A DNA stretch of 64,000 bases from Polyangiales bacterium (GCA_038231275.1 JBBRLQ010000007.1:192001-256000), one strand, 5' to 3'. Counted from the stretch's first letter, positions 1-9,661 are shown. Notes: a model not told the origin generated them from the sequence alone. Numbers and translations are program-made.

Positions 1-106
1 GGCCCGGCTTTCCGCTCTGCTTGCGCGCTGCTGTTACCACGCTGTGTCCGTTCTTCTTGCCGCCGTCGACCGGCGAACGCACCCCGAAGTCCGATGATTG
101 TGCCAT
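1..106 (-). CDS. 5' end of a gene running off the left edge (MAQSSDFGVRSPVDGGKKNGHSVVTAARKQSGKPG...); possibly a ribonucleotide reductase given upstream NrdR-like boxes
   Basis: ATG at 106-104 preceded by strong RBS AGAAGGAGG (120-112, minus); open to the window edge. Product is inferred only from the upstream boxes. Confidence 0.55.
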   Translation of the reverse strand, partial: MAQSSDFGVRSPVDGGKKNGHSVVTAARKQSGKPG

Positions 107-561
107 AGCCGCCTCCTTCTTCATCACGCGCTTGAGCCCGCTCGAGCTCCGGCGCCGCTGCCGTGCTCGAGACAAAAAAATCCCCGCCCCTCACGGACCA
201 GGCCATGGGGGGTTGCCGTCACCCGTCTCGTCTCGTCTGTGGAGAACTTGGGGGGCGATCGCCGACGTCCCGAAGGACCGCCCCGTTTTGCCTTGCTCCG
301 GCTCCCGCCTCGTTCCCACTCCGCCCCCTCCTCTCGAGAAGAGCAGGGAGTCAGGTGACGCCAGCGTTCATCCGTACAGGCTTCCGTATCTCAGCTTGAA
401 CGTGCGTTCAGGTTCGCCATCTCCCAATCACTTGCCCGCCACTCGCCTGCCACTCGGCCGCCCTCGTACCGATGGGTGCAGGCTGCATGCTTGCACCTTC
501 CACCCATCGTCCGCCGGCTGCCGCGAGAGATTCGCGAACGACAGCGGAAGCCAGCATATAA

Positions 562-609
562 CCCCAAGATCTAGTAGCTGTCCAGGAATATGGATACTCC
601 ATCTCGTAC
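562..609. promoter_or_regulatory. Tandem NrdR-box-like operators
   Basis: CAAGATCTAG at 565-574 matches the core CwAnATnTwG of the NrdR box. A weaker copy CTCCATCTCG at 597-606 lies 32 bp away, the typical tandem spacing. Confidence 0.55.
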
Positions 610-958
610 CCACACTGTGAGGCAGTGGGTCCCATGGACGACAGATCTCACACCTCTTGTGTAAGCATTTGGGATCCTTGGGATCACTGAACCGCTCGAA
701 CAGCCCTGAACGGAGGTTAGGCCCAAGTGTTCCACAAGCTCAGCACAACGTAGGGGGCGGTTGTTCAGGAGTTCTCCACGGCCTTACCCACAACTTTCGA
801 GCGCGAATCGAGGGGTGTGGAAAAGAAAAGCGACAAGCGAACGCCGCGGCAGGCGTCGTCACGTGCTCGCGGACACCTTGGCTCGGATGCGGCTTCAGAG
901 ATCGATCGGGCCAGCCGTTGGTGGAGTTGGAGCACCGCTCCTTAAAGAAAGGCTCCCT

Positions 959-1204
959 ATGCGATTGGTTCTTCGGACTGCGGGCGCGTGGGCGCTCGTC
1001 GCGATGACACTCGTTGGATGCAACGGTTCGTCTGGAAAAAACGCCGATGTTGGCGCCTCGGGCGCGACGGGTGCCTCGAGCGGAGGCGGCACGAGCGGCG
1101 TCGGATCGAGCGGATCCGGAGGACCCGGCGGAACCAGCGGAACCAGCGGAACCGGCGGCCAACGCGGCACCGGCACCGTGAAGCTCACCCTCAAGGTCAA
1201 GTAG
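959..1204 (+). CDS. Small lipoprotein, Gly/Ser-rich linker ending in one beta-strand-like segment
   Basis: ATG 959 after AAGAAAGG; signal peptide with lipobox LVGC; ends GTGTVKLTLKVK. Confidence 0.65.
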   Translation: MRLVLRTAGAWALVAMTLVGCNGSSGKNADVGASGATGASSGGGTSGVGSSGSGGPGGTSGTSGTGGQRGTGTVKLTLKVK

Positions 1205-1216
1205 AGGAGCCGTACG

Positions 1217-2280
1217 ATGAAAGCTCGTTTCACGCGTTGGGGTTTTCGTGCAGGGTTCGCGCTCCTCGCAGCGCTCACGCCGGCCACGCTGGTGTACGGC
1301 GCCACGGGGGAGGTCAGCTTCACGCCGACGGGCTTCAAGGTCTCGATCATGAGGATCGCAATCGCGGCGCAGTCCGACGGCGGGCAGCCGACGTCCGAGC
1401 AGGTCCTCTACACGTGCAAGGGAACGACCGAAGCCGAGTGCCTCGTCGACGTGACGAACCAAGCGGAGCTCGACGCGATCACTGCGCAAGCCGCCGGTGT
1501 CGCCGTACAGGTCGGGAGCTACGACGTGATCTCGCTGAACATGTGCGCGCCCGGATCGGGCGGCACGACGCGCGTACCCGGATTCGTCCGCGGAGCGTTC
1601 TTCGTCCCCAGCGAAGGCAAGACGTACGCGACCGATCCCGACGCGGCCAACGTCACCGGGCTCAAAGAGGTCCCCGATCTCGCGGACGCGGGCGCCGAGT
1701 TCACCGCGATCGGCAACTGGTCGTGCAACACGAAGACGGTCCTCCTCCGCACGCCCATCGTCGTCGCGAGCGGCGCCATCGCGCCTCTCACCGTGGTCGT
1801 CGACGCGAAGGTCATCGCGTTCTCCACCTCGCACGTCTCCCCGGGGATGGGCGGATGCCGCGGAAACGCGAACGGGCAAGGGCGCGGGCTCTGCGTGTCG
1901 TACCCGTCCATCTTTCCGCTGGTCAGTGACGACGACGCCGAGCTCGATCGCTTCCTCATCGCGCACCACCGAACGGATCCCGACGCGACGACGCGGGCGA
2001 GCCGCTCACCGCGTTCGTCCGCCCCTTCTTCAGCGAGACGTCCGCGCAGATCAGCCAGAGCGTCGTCATGGACCCCGTCTTCGGCGGACCGGGCTACATG
2101 GGCGAGACGATCGTCCCGAGCTTCCACGACGTGGGCGACGCGTCCGTGAGCTTCATCACCGGCGGCAGCCTCGACGAAGGGGCCATCTTCCGGCACTTCG
2201 AGCTGAGGGATCACAAAGGAACGGTCGACACGTACGACGCAGGATCGTGGCGCTACCACGCCGCGCCGCTCGTGCCCTGA
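1217..2280 (+). pseudogene. Secreted Cys-containing protein, frameshifted near 1985
   Basis: The 1217 frame has a signal peptide and looks protein-like up to ...HHRTDPDA. The plausible continuation RDDAGEPLTAFVRPFFSETSAQISQSVVMDPVFGG...PLVP* is in the frame of ORF 2068..2280. Confidence 0.65.
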
Positions 2281-2365
2281 CGCCTATTCGGCCCGTACCT
2301 CCCGAGCTCGACGTCATGCTGCCGAGACTCGTGCACGCCGGATCAAGAGATCATCGAGCGCACCG

Positions 2366-3730
2366 TCAGCCAGCCGAACGCGACGGGGGATCGGTGACTT
2401 CGACGGGCCGCTGCGTCAGCGTCGGCTCTGCGTCGCGCTTGGCGATGATGCGATCGGCGAGCCCGAGGAGCACGTCTTCGCTCCCCGGCGGTCCGAGCAG
2501 CTGGATCGCGCGCGGGAGCCGCCCGTCGAACGTTCCGAACGGGATCGCCAAGCCCGTCGCGTCGGCGAGGTTGCCGGCAACGGTGTACGCGAGGAGCTTG
2601 GTCGTCCAATTCGATCGTAAGATCTTGGGCGGCGGATGAACCGTGACCGGCATGACGATCACGTGCCCTTCGTCCCAAAGCGCGCGAAGCGCGTCGCGCA
2701 CGCCGAACGCGCGTGCGAGCGCCTTCTCCTTGTCTCGGAAGATCGTCAAGCGCCCCAGCACGATGAGGAGCAAGAGCTCCGCGGTGATCGGATGGAACCG
2801 GCGATCGCCCAGTTTTCCGCGCAGAACCGCGGCGCTGAGCACCCCGCCGAGGCCCGCCCGCAACGAGATCGAGGGGTCCGAGTCGAGCAAGTCTTCGAAG
2901 TGGGAGCACCAGACCGCCGCGTTGATCGAGAGGAGCTCGGACGGCGAAGGAAGAGAGGTCGCCGTGTCGATCGGCAGATCGAAAGCGCTCCTCAGGATGG
3001 CGCCCGCGTCGCGCGCGAAGGTCGGCCACACGCCGGCGAGCGGCGCCCAGAGGGAGAGTTTGCGCAGCTCGAACGGCCGCGTTTCTCCCTTCTTCATGTG
3101 CGGCGCCGCCACTGCGAGTACTGCCCGCATCTGCGCGGTCGTGCGCGTGAACGGACCCTGACCGCACATCCAGGCCATCGCCGGTGGGACCGCCGGGAAG
3201 AGCTCCTGAATCGGCCACGTCGCGTGACTGAGTCGCAGCCCGAGGACTCCGCAGAACGCCGCCGGCAAGCGGATGCTCCCGCCGATGTCGGTCCCCCAGT
3301 CGAACGCGTGGAGGCCATACGCCACCGCCGCAGCCGATCCGCCGGAGCTGCCGCCGCTCGTCCGTGTTCGATCGAACGGGTTCTTGGTCGCGCCACCGAC
3401 GAAGCTCGTCGCTTCCGGTGTGAGGCCCATGTCGCTGAGGTTGGTCTTGCCGATCAGCACTGCGCCCGCCTCGTCGAACGCCCGACAAGGCGCGCTCTTG
3501 CGATCGGGCCGGCGATCGCGGTGACGGTACGAACCGCCGGTGGTTGGCAAGGGCGGCGCGTCGTATTCGTCCTTGAGCCCGTAAGGGACACCACGAAGCG
3601 CTCCACCGGTCGGCGCCGCCGCGAGCGCGTCGTCGAGCCGCGTGTTCACGTAGCAACAGAGCTCCGGCTCGTAGGCACGAATGCGCGCGACCGATTGGGC
3701 GACGGTCAACGGAAAGAGCGCGGCGCCCAT
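2366..3730 (-). CDS. Amidase signature family protein
   Basis: GVPYGLKD (catalytic Lys), GKTN, SGGSSGGSAAAV, GTDIGGSIRLPAAFCG. Confidence 0.92.
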   Translation of the reverse strand: MGAALFPLTVAQSVARIRAYEPELCCYVNTRLDDALAAAPTGGALRGVPYGLKDEYDAPPLPTTGGSYRHRDRRPDRKSAPCRAFDEAGAVLIGKTNLSDMGLTPEATSFVGGATKNPFDRTRTSGGSSGGSAAAVAYGLHAFDWGTDIGGSIRLPAAFCGVLGLRLSHATWPIQELFPAVPPAMAWMCGQGPFTRTTAQMRAVLAVAAPHMKKGETRPFELRKLSLWAPLAGVWPTFARDAGAILRSAFDLPIDTATSLPSPSELLSINAAVWCSHFEDLLDSDPSISLRAGLGGVLSAAVLRGKLGDRRFHPITAELLLLIVLGRLTIFRDKEKALARAFGVRDALRALWDEGHVIVMPVTVHPPPKILRSNWTTKLLAYTVAGNLADATGLAIPFGTFDGRLPRAIQLLGPPGSEDVLLGLADRIIAKRDAEPTLTQRPVEVTDPPSRSAG

Positions 3731-3928
3731 CCGGCTACTCTACTCGCCCACTAGGGCGTCCACCCGGATGGTCACCAACGAGGCCTGGGCACCCGCGGGC
3801 CGCGCGCTGCGGCTCCCATTGTTGGTGGATCCTCTTACCTATACCCACAGTGGCTTCATTCTCCCATCGCGCACGGATGGATCGATGAATTCAACGCAAA
3901 ATCATGTACTTGTGCATATGTAGGGAAA

Positions 3929-3944
3929 TGGCACTCAATGTGCT
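3929..3944 (+). promoter_or_regulatory. Putative sigma54 (-24/-12) promoter of the PLD gene
   Basis: TGGCAC-TCAAT-GTGCT (GG-N10-GC), with an AT-rich near-IHF site AATCATGTACTTG at 3900-3912. Confidence 0.6.
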
Positions 3945-3956
3945 GAGTAGCCGGTC

Positions 3957-5633
3957 ATGATTCGAATCCGCGTGGCTCTCGGGGTGGTTTTCGGACTGAC
4001 GATTGCCAGCGTCGGGGTCGGCTGCTCGTCCGCGGCGGGCAACTCGGATTCGTCCGACGAGGCCGTCTCGGCCGGCGAGCCGTCGTACATCGGCAAGGCC
4101 GTCCTCGCGCGGCTCGATGCGATGCATCCCAAGACGAAGGGGAAGGCCTGGAGCCTCTCGCGCGACAACACCTTCTCCGGTGACTTCGCCGTGCAGATCC
4201 CCGCCAAGTCGACCTGGGGCGAGGCCGAGATCACCATCGCGCCGATGTGCACCAAGGACGACGCCGGATGCGATCCCGACTTCCTCCTGACGATGTGCTC
4301 GACGGACGCCGACTGCGTGGCCGGTGGGCGATGCACGACGCTCAAGGCGACGATCGCGCATCGCGGTGACTCGGCGCGCGGGCTCTGTGCTGGCGACGCC
4401 GACACGGTGATCGACGCGGTGTGGAACGGCATCGCGATGGCGACGCAGACGGTGGACGTCTCCAGCCTGACTCCGCCCGATGGCCGCTACGAGGCCGCGG
4501 TGCGCAACGCCGTCACCTACGCGAGCGAAGCCCAGCCTCCGCCGCGCGTGCGCATGCTCTTCGGCGACTACCCCGGCGCGTTCACCTCTGCGAAAAAGAC
4601 GCTCGCCAGCCTCACGCGCGACGTCGCCGACGGCTCGGGCCTCGTCATGTCGGTCGGCACGTACCGCTCGGGCGTGACGTCGTGGAACCACTCGAAGATC
4701 ATCAGCCGCGACGGCAATTTCGCCGTGATGGGCGGCGCGAACATGTGGGACTCGCACTACCTCCGCAAGAACCCCGTCCACGACATCTGGATCACCGAAA
4801 ACGGCGGGGCCGCGGCGGACGCGGCGCGCTACCTCGACGAGCTCTGGGCGTACGCGTGCGGGAAGTCGGGCATCATGGACATGACGGCCGTGGCGTCGCG
4901 CGGCATCGAGGGCTGCCAACAGCCGTTCGCCGCCGAGCCCGCCGCCGCTGCTCACGGACCGGGCAACACGCCGGTCATCTCGATCGGCCGACTCGGTACG
5001 CTCGGTGAGGAGCCGAGCGACGACGCGATCCTCGCGATGATCGACAGCGCAAAGACGTCGATCCGCATGTCGCAGCAGGACATTGGTCCCATCCGCCGCG
5101 CCGGCGTGTCGCTCGGCGCGTGGCCCGAGGCGACGGTCGCCGCGCTCATCCGCGCGATGGATCGCGGCGTCAAGGTGAGCCTCATCCTATCGAACACCGG
5201 CGCTGTGCCCGGCGACATGAACGCGATCGAGGCGACCTTCAACACCTACGACAACGGCTGGACGCCGAAGGGCGTGCTCGAGAAGTTCGCGAGCGTCGCG
5301 GCGGCGCACCCGGACCTGCATCCGAAGGTGGCGAGCGCGTCGGCGCTCATCTGCAACTCGTTCACACTGATGCGCCTTCGCTCGAGCGACTCCGAGACGT
5401 GGCCCAGCGGAGGGACGCTCGCCAACCACGCAAAGATCGTCGTCGTCGACGACCGCGCCTTCTATGTCGGCTCGCAGAACCTGTACGTCGCCAACCTGGC
5501 CGAGTTCGGCGCCATCGTCGACGACGCCGCCGCGACGAAGCTGTTCCTCGCGAACTACTTGGACCTGGCCGAGAAGTACTCCAAGCGAACCGCCGCGAGC
5601 GGTGCGGGCGTCGCGTGCGAGCTCACTCGGTGA
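3957..5633 (+). CDS. Phospholipase D family lipoprotein (Streptomyces-PLD-like)
   Basis: Lipobox GVGC; two HxKxxxxD motifs (NHSKIISRD, NHAKIVVVD) followed by GGAN and GSQN. Confidence 0.9.
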   Translation: MIRIRVALGVVFGLTIASVGVGCSSAAGNSDSSDEAVSAGEPSYIGKAVLARLDAMHPKTKGKAWSLSRDNTFSGDFAVQIPAKSTWGEAEITIAPMCTKDDAGCDPDFLLTMCSTDADCVAGGRCTTLKATIAHRGDSARGLCAGDADTVIDAVWNGIAMATQTVDVSSLTPPDGRYEAAVRNAVTYASEAQPPPRVRMLFGDYPGAFTSAKKTLASLTRDVADGSGLVMSVGTYRSGVTSWNHSKIISRDGNFAVMGGANMWDSHYLRKNPVHDIWITENGGAAADAARYLDELWAYACGKSGIMDMTAVASRGIEGCQQPFAAEPAAAAHGPGNTPVISIGRLGTLGEEPSDDAILAMIDSAKTSIRMSQQDIGPIRRAGVSLGAWPEATVAALIRAMDRGVKVSLILSNTGAVPGDMNAIEATFNTYDNGWTPKGVLEKFASVAAAHPDLHPKVASASALICNSFTLMRLRSSDSETWPSGGTLANHAKIVVVDDRAFYVGSQNLYVANLAEFGAIVDDAAATKLFLANYLDLAEKYSKRTAASGAGVACELTR

Positions 5634-5698
5634 GAAGACTCGGCTTCAACGGCCAGACGGTGGAGATCGTTCTCCGAGTCGGAGGCGGCGGCGGGGTT

Positions 5699-6403
5699 TT
5701 ATAGGCTGTAGCAGTGGACCGTGACGTTGCCGCTGATCTGATCGCACGAGACGGGCTTGCACGTCCCGGCGGTGGCGATCGCGTTCACTTCGCACGTGCA
5801 GCTGTAGTCACCGGCGCAGGCGCCGGGGTTCGGCAGGCACTCGTAGGGCCCGGTCTGGCCGCCGCTGGCGGTGGCGACGTCGAGGCACACGTCGCCCGAG
5901 ACGCAGCTCTTGTCGCCGCACGCGAACCGGGTCGCTCCCGCATCGGTCGCGCACGCGGTGGTGCAGGTCCACTTTCCGCTGCCGGGATCGCATTGCGCTG
6001 AGCACTTGCAGTTGACAGGGCACGCGCAGGGAGGGGGCGGTCCGTTGCAGAATGGGGGCGGCGGACAGGGCGGGATCGGAGGGCACCTGAACACGCCGCG
6101 CACGCACACCTCGGGCACGAGGCCGCCGGTGCACCCGCCGGGACAGATCGACGGCCCCTGTTGGCCCTCGACGCACGCGCCTCCCGAGCTCGAGCCGCCC
6201 GAGGACGAGCTCGACGAGCTGGAGCCCGACGAGCTGGAGCCCGATGAGGAGGAGCCGCCCGAGGAGCCGGAGGACGATCCGGAAGACCCGGAGCTCGAGC
6301 CGCCGCTCGACGACGATCCTCCCGGCAAGACGACGCTCCCTCCGCACGCGGCGATGAGGAGGGTCGCGGCGGCGGTGGCGAGTCGGGCGCGCGGCGTGGA
6401 CAT
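5699..6403 (-). CDS. Cys-rich lipoprotein with Ser/Gly linker
   Basis: Lipobox IAAC, poly-SG tract, many Cys. Confidence 0.75.
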   Translation of the reverse strand: MSTPRARLATAAATLLIAACGGSVVLPGGSSSSGGSSSGSSGSSSGSSGGSSSSGSSSSGSSSSSSSSGGSSSGGACVEGQQGPSICPGGCTGGLVPEVCVRGVFRCPPIPPCPPPPFCNGPPPPCACPVNCKCSAQCDPGSGKWTCTTACATDAGATRFACGDKSCVSGDVCLDVATASGGQTGPYECLPNPGACAGDYSCTCEVNAIATAGTCKPVSCDQISGNVTVHCYSL

Positions 6404-6574
6404 GCTGAAAACGTAGCACGCGCAGCCCCGCCCTCTATGCGCTGGCCCTCACCGACGCCGTTCTTTTGATCGCCAAAAAAAAGAAACGACCCGATGTTCA
6501 CAAACGGGGCGGAGCGGCACCTACCTCCACGGCAGCCGGGGTTGGGCGCAGCCGAGCCATTCAGACGAGGAGTC

Positions 6575-9500
6575 ATGATGAAGGACCGGGGAATCGTTTC
6601 GGCAGCGGGCACGGGCGGGGTCGGGGTCGGGGCGTCGATGGAGCAGCGAGGGCGCACCGTCAGCCCTAGGTACATCACGCCGTGGCTCTGCCTCGCGGCC
6701 GTGCTCGGCGGCTGCACCTCCACGGCGCCTCCCGACGACAGCGGCCACGTCGGCGCGACGGCCGAAGCCCTGACCAGCTCCGTCACTTACCGGCGCGGCG
6801 TGCTCGGCACGGTCACGGACACCTTCATCAGCGCGTCCGAGATGGGCAAGGGCTTCGGCGCTCAGGAGAAGCTGCGCGTGAGCGCGAAGAACGAAGCGCT
6901 CCTGCGCTTCGACCTCTCCGCGATCCCGTCCAGTGCCGTAATCAACAGCGCCACCCTCTCGCTTTACCTCAACGGCGGTGACGACGAGCAGGACGACGAC
7001 TGCGACGAGGGAAGCCGAGAGGGCTTCCCGGTCGTGCCGATCAAAATCCACCGCGCCACGGCCGCCTGGGGCGAGAGCACCGCCACGTTCTCGAGCTTCA
7101 ATCAGCAGTTCGACCCGACCGTCGCGGGAACCGTTCTGCCGACGAGCGCCAACGTCTTCAAGTCGGTCGACCTCAAGACGCTCGTGCAGCAGTGGGTGGG
7201 CGGCGCGCCGAACTACGGAATGCTCATCCGCACGACGGGCAGGCGGCACACCATCTTCGTCAGCAGCGAGGGCGGCAAGGTATCTCTACGTCCGTCGCTC
7301 ACGATCAGTTACACGACGCCCGATGACCACTGCGCGCCGAACCCGTGCGCGAACGCAGGCAAGTGCCAGAACAGCGCGAACGGCTTCACGTGCACATGCG
7401 CGACGGGGTACGCAGGCCCGACGTGCCAGACGCTCGTCGACAACTGCGCAGGCAGCCCCTGCATGAACGGCGGCACCTGCACGAACGGCGTCGACAGCTA
7501 TACCTGCAGCTGCGCGTCGGGCTACACCGGCACCAACTGCCAGACCAACATCAACGAGTGCGCGCCGAACCCCTGCCAGAACGGCGGAGTCTGCACCGAC
7601 GGCGTCAACAGCCACACCTGCGCGTGCGCTCCCGGCTACACCGGCGCGAACTGCGAGACACTCGTCAACAACTGCGCGAGCAGCCCCTGCCAGAACGGCG
7701 GCACCTGCACGAGCGGCGTCAACACGTACACGTGCTCGTGCCCCGCCGGGTACACGGGCGCCAACTGCGAGGCGCTCGTCGACAACTGCGCGCCGAATCC
7801 TTGCCAGAGCGGCGGCACGTGCGCGAACGGGGTGAACAGCTACACGTGCAACTGCGCGCCAGGCTACGCGGGCGCGACGTGCGGGACGCTGGTGGACAAC
7901 TGCGCGAGCGGGCCCTGCCAGAACGGTGGCTCATGCACCAACGGCGTTGGTACGTACGCGTGCGCGTGCGCGCCGGGGTACTCGGGTGCGAACTGCGAGG
8001 TCGACATCAACGACTGCGCCGCGCAGCCGTGCGGGAACGGCGGCGTCTGCGTCGACGGCATCAACAGCTTCTCATGCATCTGCGCCCCCGGCTTCACCGG
8101 CGCAACCTGCGCGGTCAACATCGACGACTGCGCGGGCGCCCCGTGTCACCACGGTGGCACGTGCAGCGACGGGATCGCGTCGTTTGCGTGCGCGTGCAGC
8201 GCGGCGTGGACGGGTCCGACCTGCGACGTCGCGGTCGATGCGTGTGCGGCTCAACCATGCTTGCGTGGTGGCACCTGCACGGCCGGCAACCCCGGAGAGT
8301 TCTCCTGCGCGTGTCCGCCCAACTTCGGCGGCGCGCGCTGCGAAATCGACGCGTCGCAAGGGCTGGCGGTCACGGTGCCGGCCGTTCCCGCCAACACGAC
8401 CATCCCGCATACGATTCTTGCCGGCGTCGCGACGACCCTGAAGGGCCGTGCGCTAGGCCCCGCCACGCAGTTCTCCTGGGATTTTGGCGATGGCTCCGGC
8501 GGCACCGGCTGGGCAACCATCGCCGACGCGGCGAGCCTCGACGTCAAACACACCTACCAGGGCCCCGCGGGATACCGCTTTTTTGCCACGCTGTCTGTCC
8601 GGCTGTCGGCGTTCTCCGCCCCGCAGAGCGCGGTCTATCCGCTGATGGTCGCAGATCCGGCGAGCTCTCCCGATCCGCGGACGGCCATCGCGATCGATGA
8701 GGGCTTGTGGTTTTTGCACAAGCGTCTTGGACGTAGCAGCACCCCTTCCGGGATCGCCCTCGGGAGCGAAGGAGGGGGAGACTGCCAATCTCTTGCAGCA
8801 TTCGAGCGTCATGGGTCGAGCGTCACGGGATCGATTTACTCGGATCCGTACAGCGACGACGCTCAGCGCCTTCTCGCCAATGTCTCGCTTCAAATTCATG
8901 ACGTCCACGGCAACGGACGCCTCATGCTCGAGAGTTTCTCCGGGTCTTCCGAAAATCTCGGCGCGTGCGGCGACGCGCTCTTGGCGGTGCCCCGCTCCTA
9001 TGTCATGCCTGCTGGTGCCGCCGTCGGGCGCACGCTAGGCGATCTCACTCAGGGGTTCGCCGACGGCGTCGTGCTCGAACAGTTTCCTGACGGCAGCTGG
9101 GTTCACGATCCCTTCGCAACCTACGGCGCCACGCGCTGGTTGGACAACATCCAACGCCTCGGCGCTGTCGTGCCAGCACGAGTCTGGTCCGCAGCGAACG
9201 ACTGGTGGTCATCGGGAGGGGCCGTGTATACGCAGTGCTCAGCGACGCCCTCGACTCTGGACTTGGGTTGGGACTTCGTCTTCAACTCGCAGAGGTTGTA
9301 CGACGCGCTGCTCGCGGGGACCCCTGCGAGCGCTGCATTGATCCAGGGCGGCTACGGCTTCCTTGACGCTCACTGGTCCGATGCACTGTTTGGCTGTGCG
9401 GTCACCGAGGAGGCCGCTGTACTCGCGCTCGAGGCGAGCAATACCACCCAGCTCGCTCCGAATGCCTGCGACGGAACGGCGACCGGACTGGGCTTCGACT

Positions 9501-9661
9501 GGTACGCCGATCCGAGCAGGGGTCTGGCGCACGTGCTTGCGGCGCGCCAGCGCCCTGACGGGAGTTGGGTAGACCTCGACGATGCAGGTCACGCGTGCTT
9601 CAACTTCGCGGGAATTGGCGGCGCGACCGCCATCACCGTGTCGTTGCTGATTGGCCGATAG
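6575..9661 (+). CDS. Large lipoprotein: DNRLRE-like domain, 9 EGF-like repeats, PKD domain, prenyltransferase/squalene-cyclase-like C-terminal region
   Basis: RBS GAGGAG before ATG 6575 (start uncertain); lipobox LGGC; DTFI...ALLRFDLSAIP...SATLSLY...RPSLTISY; EGF repeats; FSWDFGDG (PKD); AIDEGLWFL, QFPDGSW, RQRPDGSW (QW-like motifs). Confidence 0.85.
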   Translation: MMKDRGIVSAAGTGGVGVGASMEQRGRTVSPRYITPWLCLAAVLGGCTSTAPPDDSGHVGATAEALTSSVTYRRGVLGTVTDTFISASEMGKGFGAQEKLRVSAKNEALLRFDLSAIPSSAVINSATLSLYLNGGDDEQDDDCDEGSREGFPVVPIKIHRATAAWGESTATFSSFNQQFDPTVAGTVLPTSANVFKSVDLKTLVQQWVGGAPNYGMLIRTTGRRHTIFVSSEGGKVSLRPSLTISYTTPDDHCAPNPCANAGKCQNSANGFTCTCATGYAGPTCQTLVDNCAGSPCMNGGTCTNGVDSYTCSCASGYTGTNCQTNINECAPNPCQNGGVCTDGVNSHTCACAPGYTGANCETLVNNCASSPCQNGGTCTSGVNTYTCSCPAGYTGANCEALVDNCAPNPCQSGGTCANGVNSYTCNCAPGYAGATCGTLVDNCASGPCQNGGSCTNGVGTYACACAPGYSGANCEVDINDCAAQPCGNGGVCVDGINSFSCICAPGFTGATCAVNIDDCAGAPCHHGGTCSDGIASFACACSAAWTGPTCDVAVDACAAQPCLRGGTCTAGNPGEFSCACPPNFGGARCEIDASQGLAVTVPAVPANTTIPHTILAGVATTLKGRALGPATQFSWDFGDGSGGTGWATIADAASLDVKHTYQGPAGYRFFATLSVRLSAFSAPQSAVYPLMVADPASSPDPRTAIAIDEGLWFLHKRLGRSSTPSGIALGSEGGGDCQSLAAFERHGSSVTGSIYSDPYSDDAQRLLANVSLQIHDVHGNGRLMLESFSGSSENLGACGDALLAVPRSYVMPAGAAVGRTLGDLTQGFADGVVLEQFPDGSWVHDPFATYGATRWLDNIQRLGAVVPARVWSAANDWWSSGGAVYTQCSATPSTLDLGWDFVFNSQRLYDALLAGTPASAALIQGGYGFLDAHWSDALFGCAVTEEAAVLALEASNTTQLAPNACDGTATGLGFDWYADPSRGLAHVLAARQRPDGSWVDLDDAGHACFNFAGIGGATAITVSLLIGR
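7322..8344 (+). repeat. Nine tandem ~38-aa EGF-like repeats (~114-bp period)
   Basis: C-x4-C-x5-C-x8/9-C-x-C-x8-C units, e.g. NECAPNPCQNGGVCTDGVNSHTCACAPGYTGANCE. Confidence 0.95.

Noticed and set aside
107-560. Cobalamin riboswitch upstream of the putative RNR
   Set aside because: No B12-box (GCCACTG...GGGAAG) arrangement found on the minus strand.
21-1007. Short ORFs in the first kilobase
   Set aside because: No motifs and atypical codon usage; the region reads as regulatory or intergenic.
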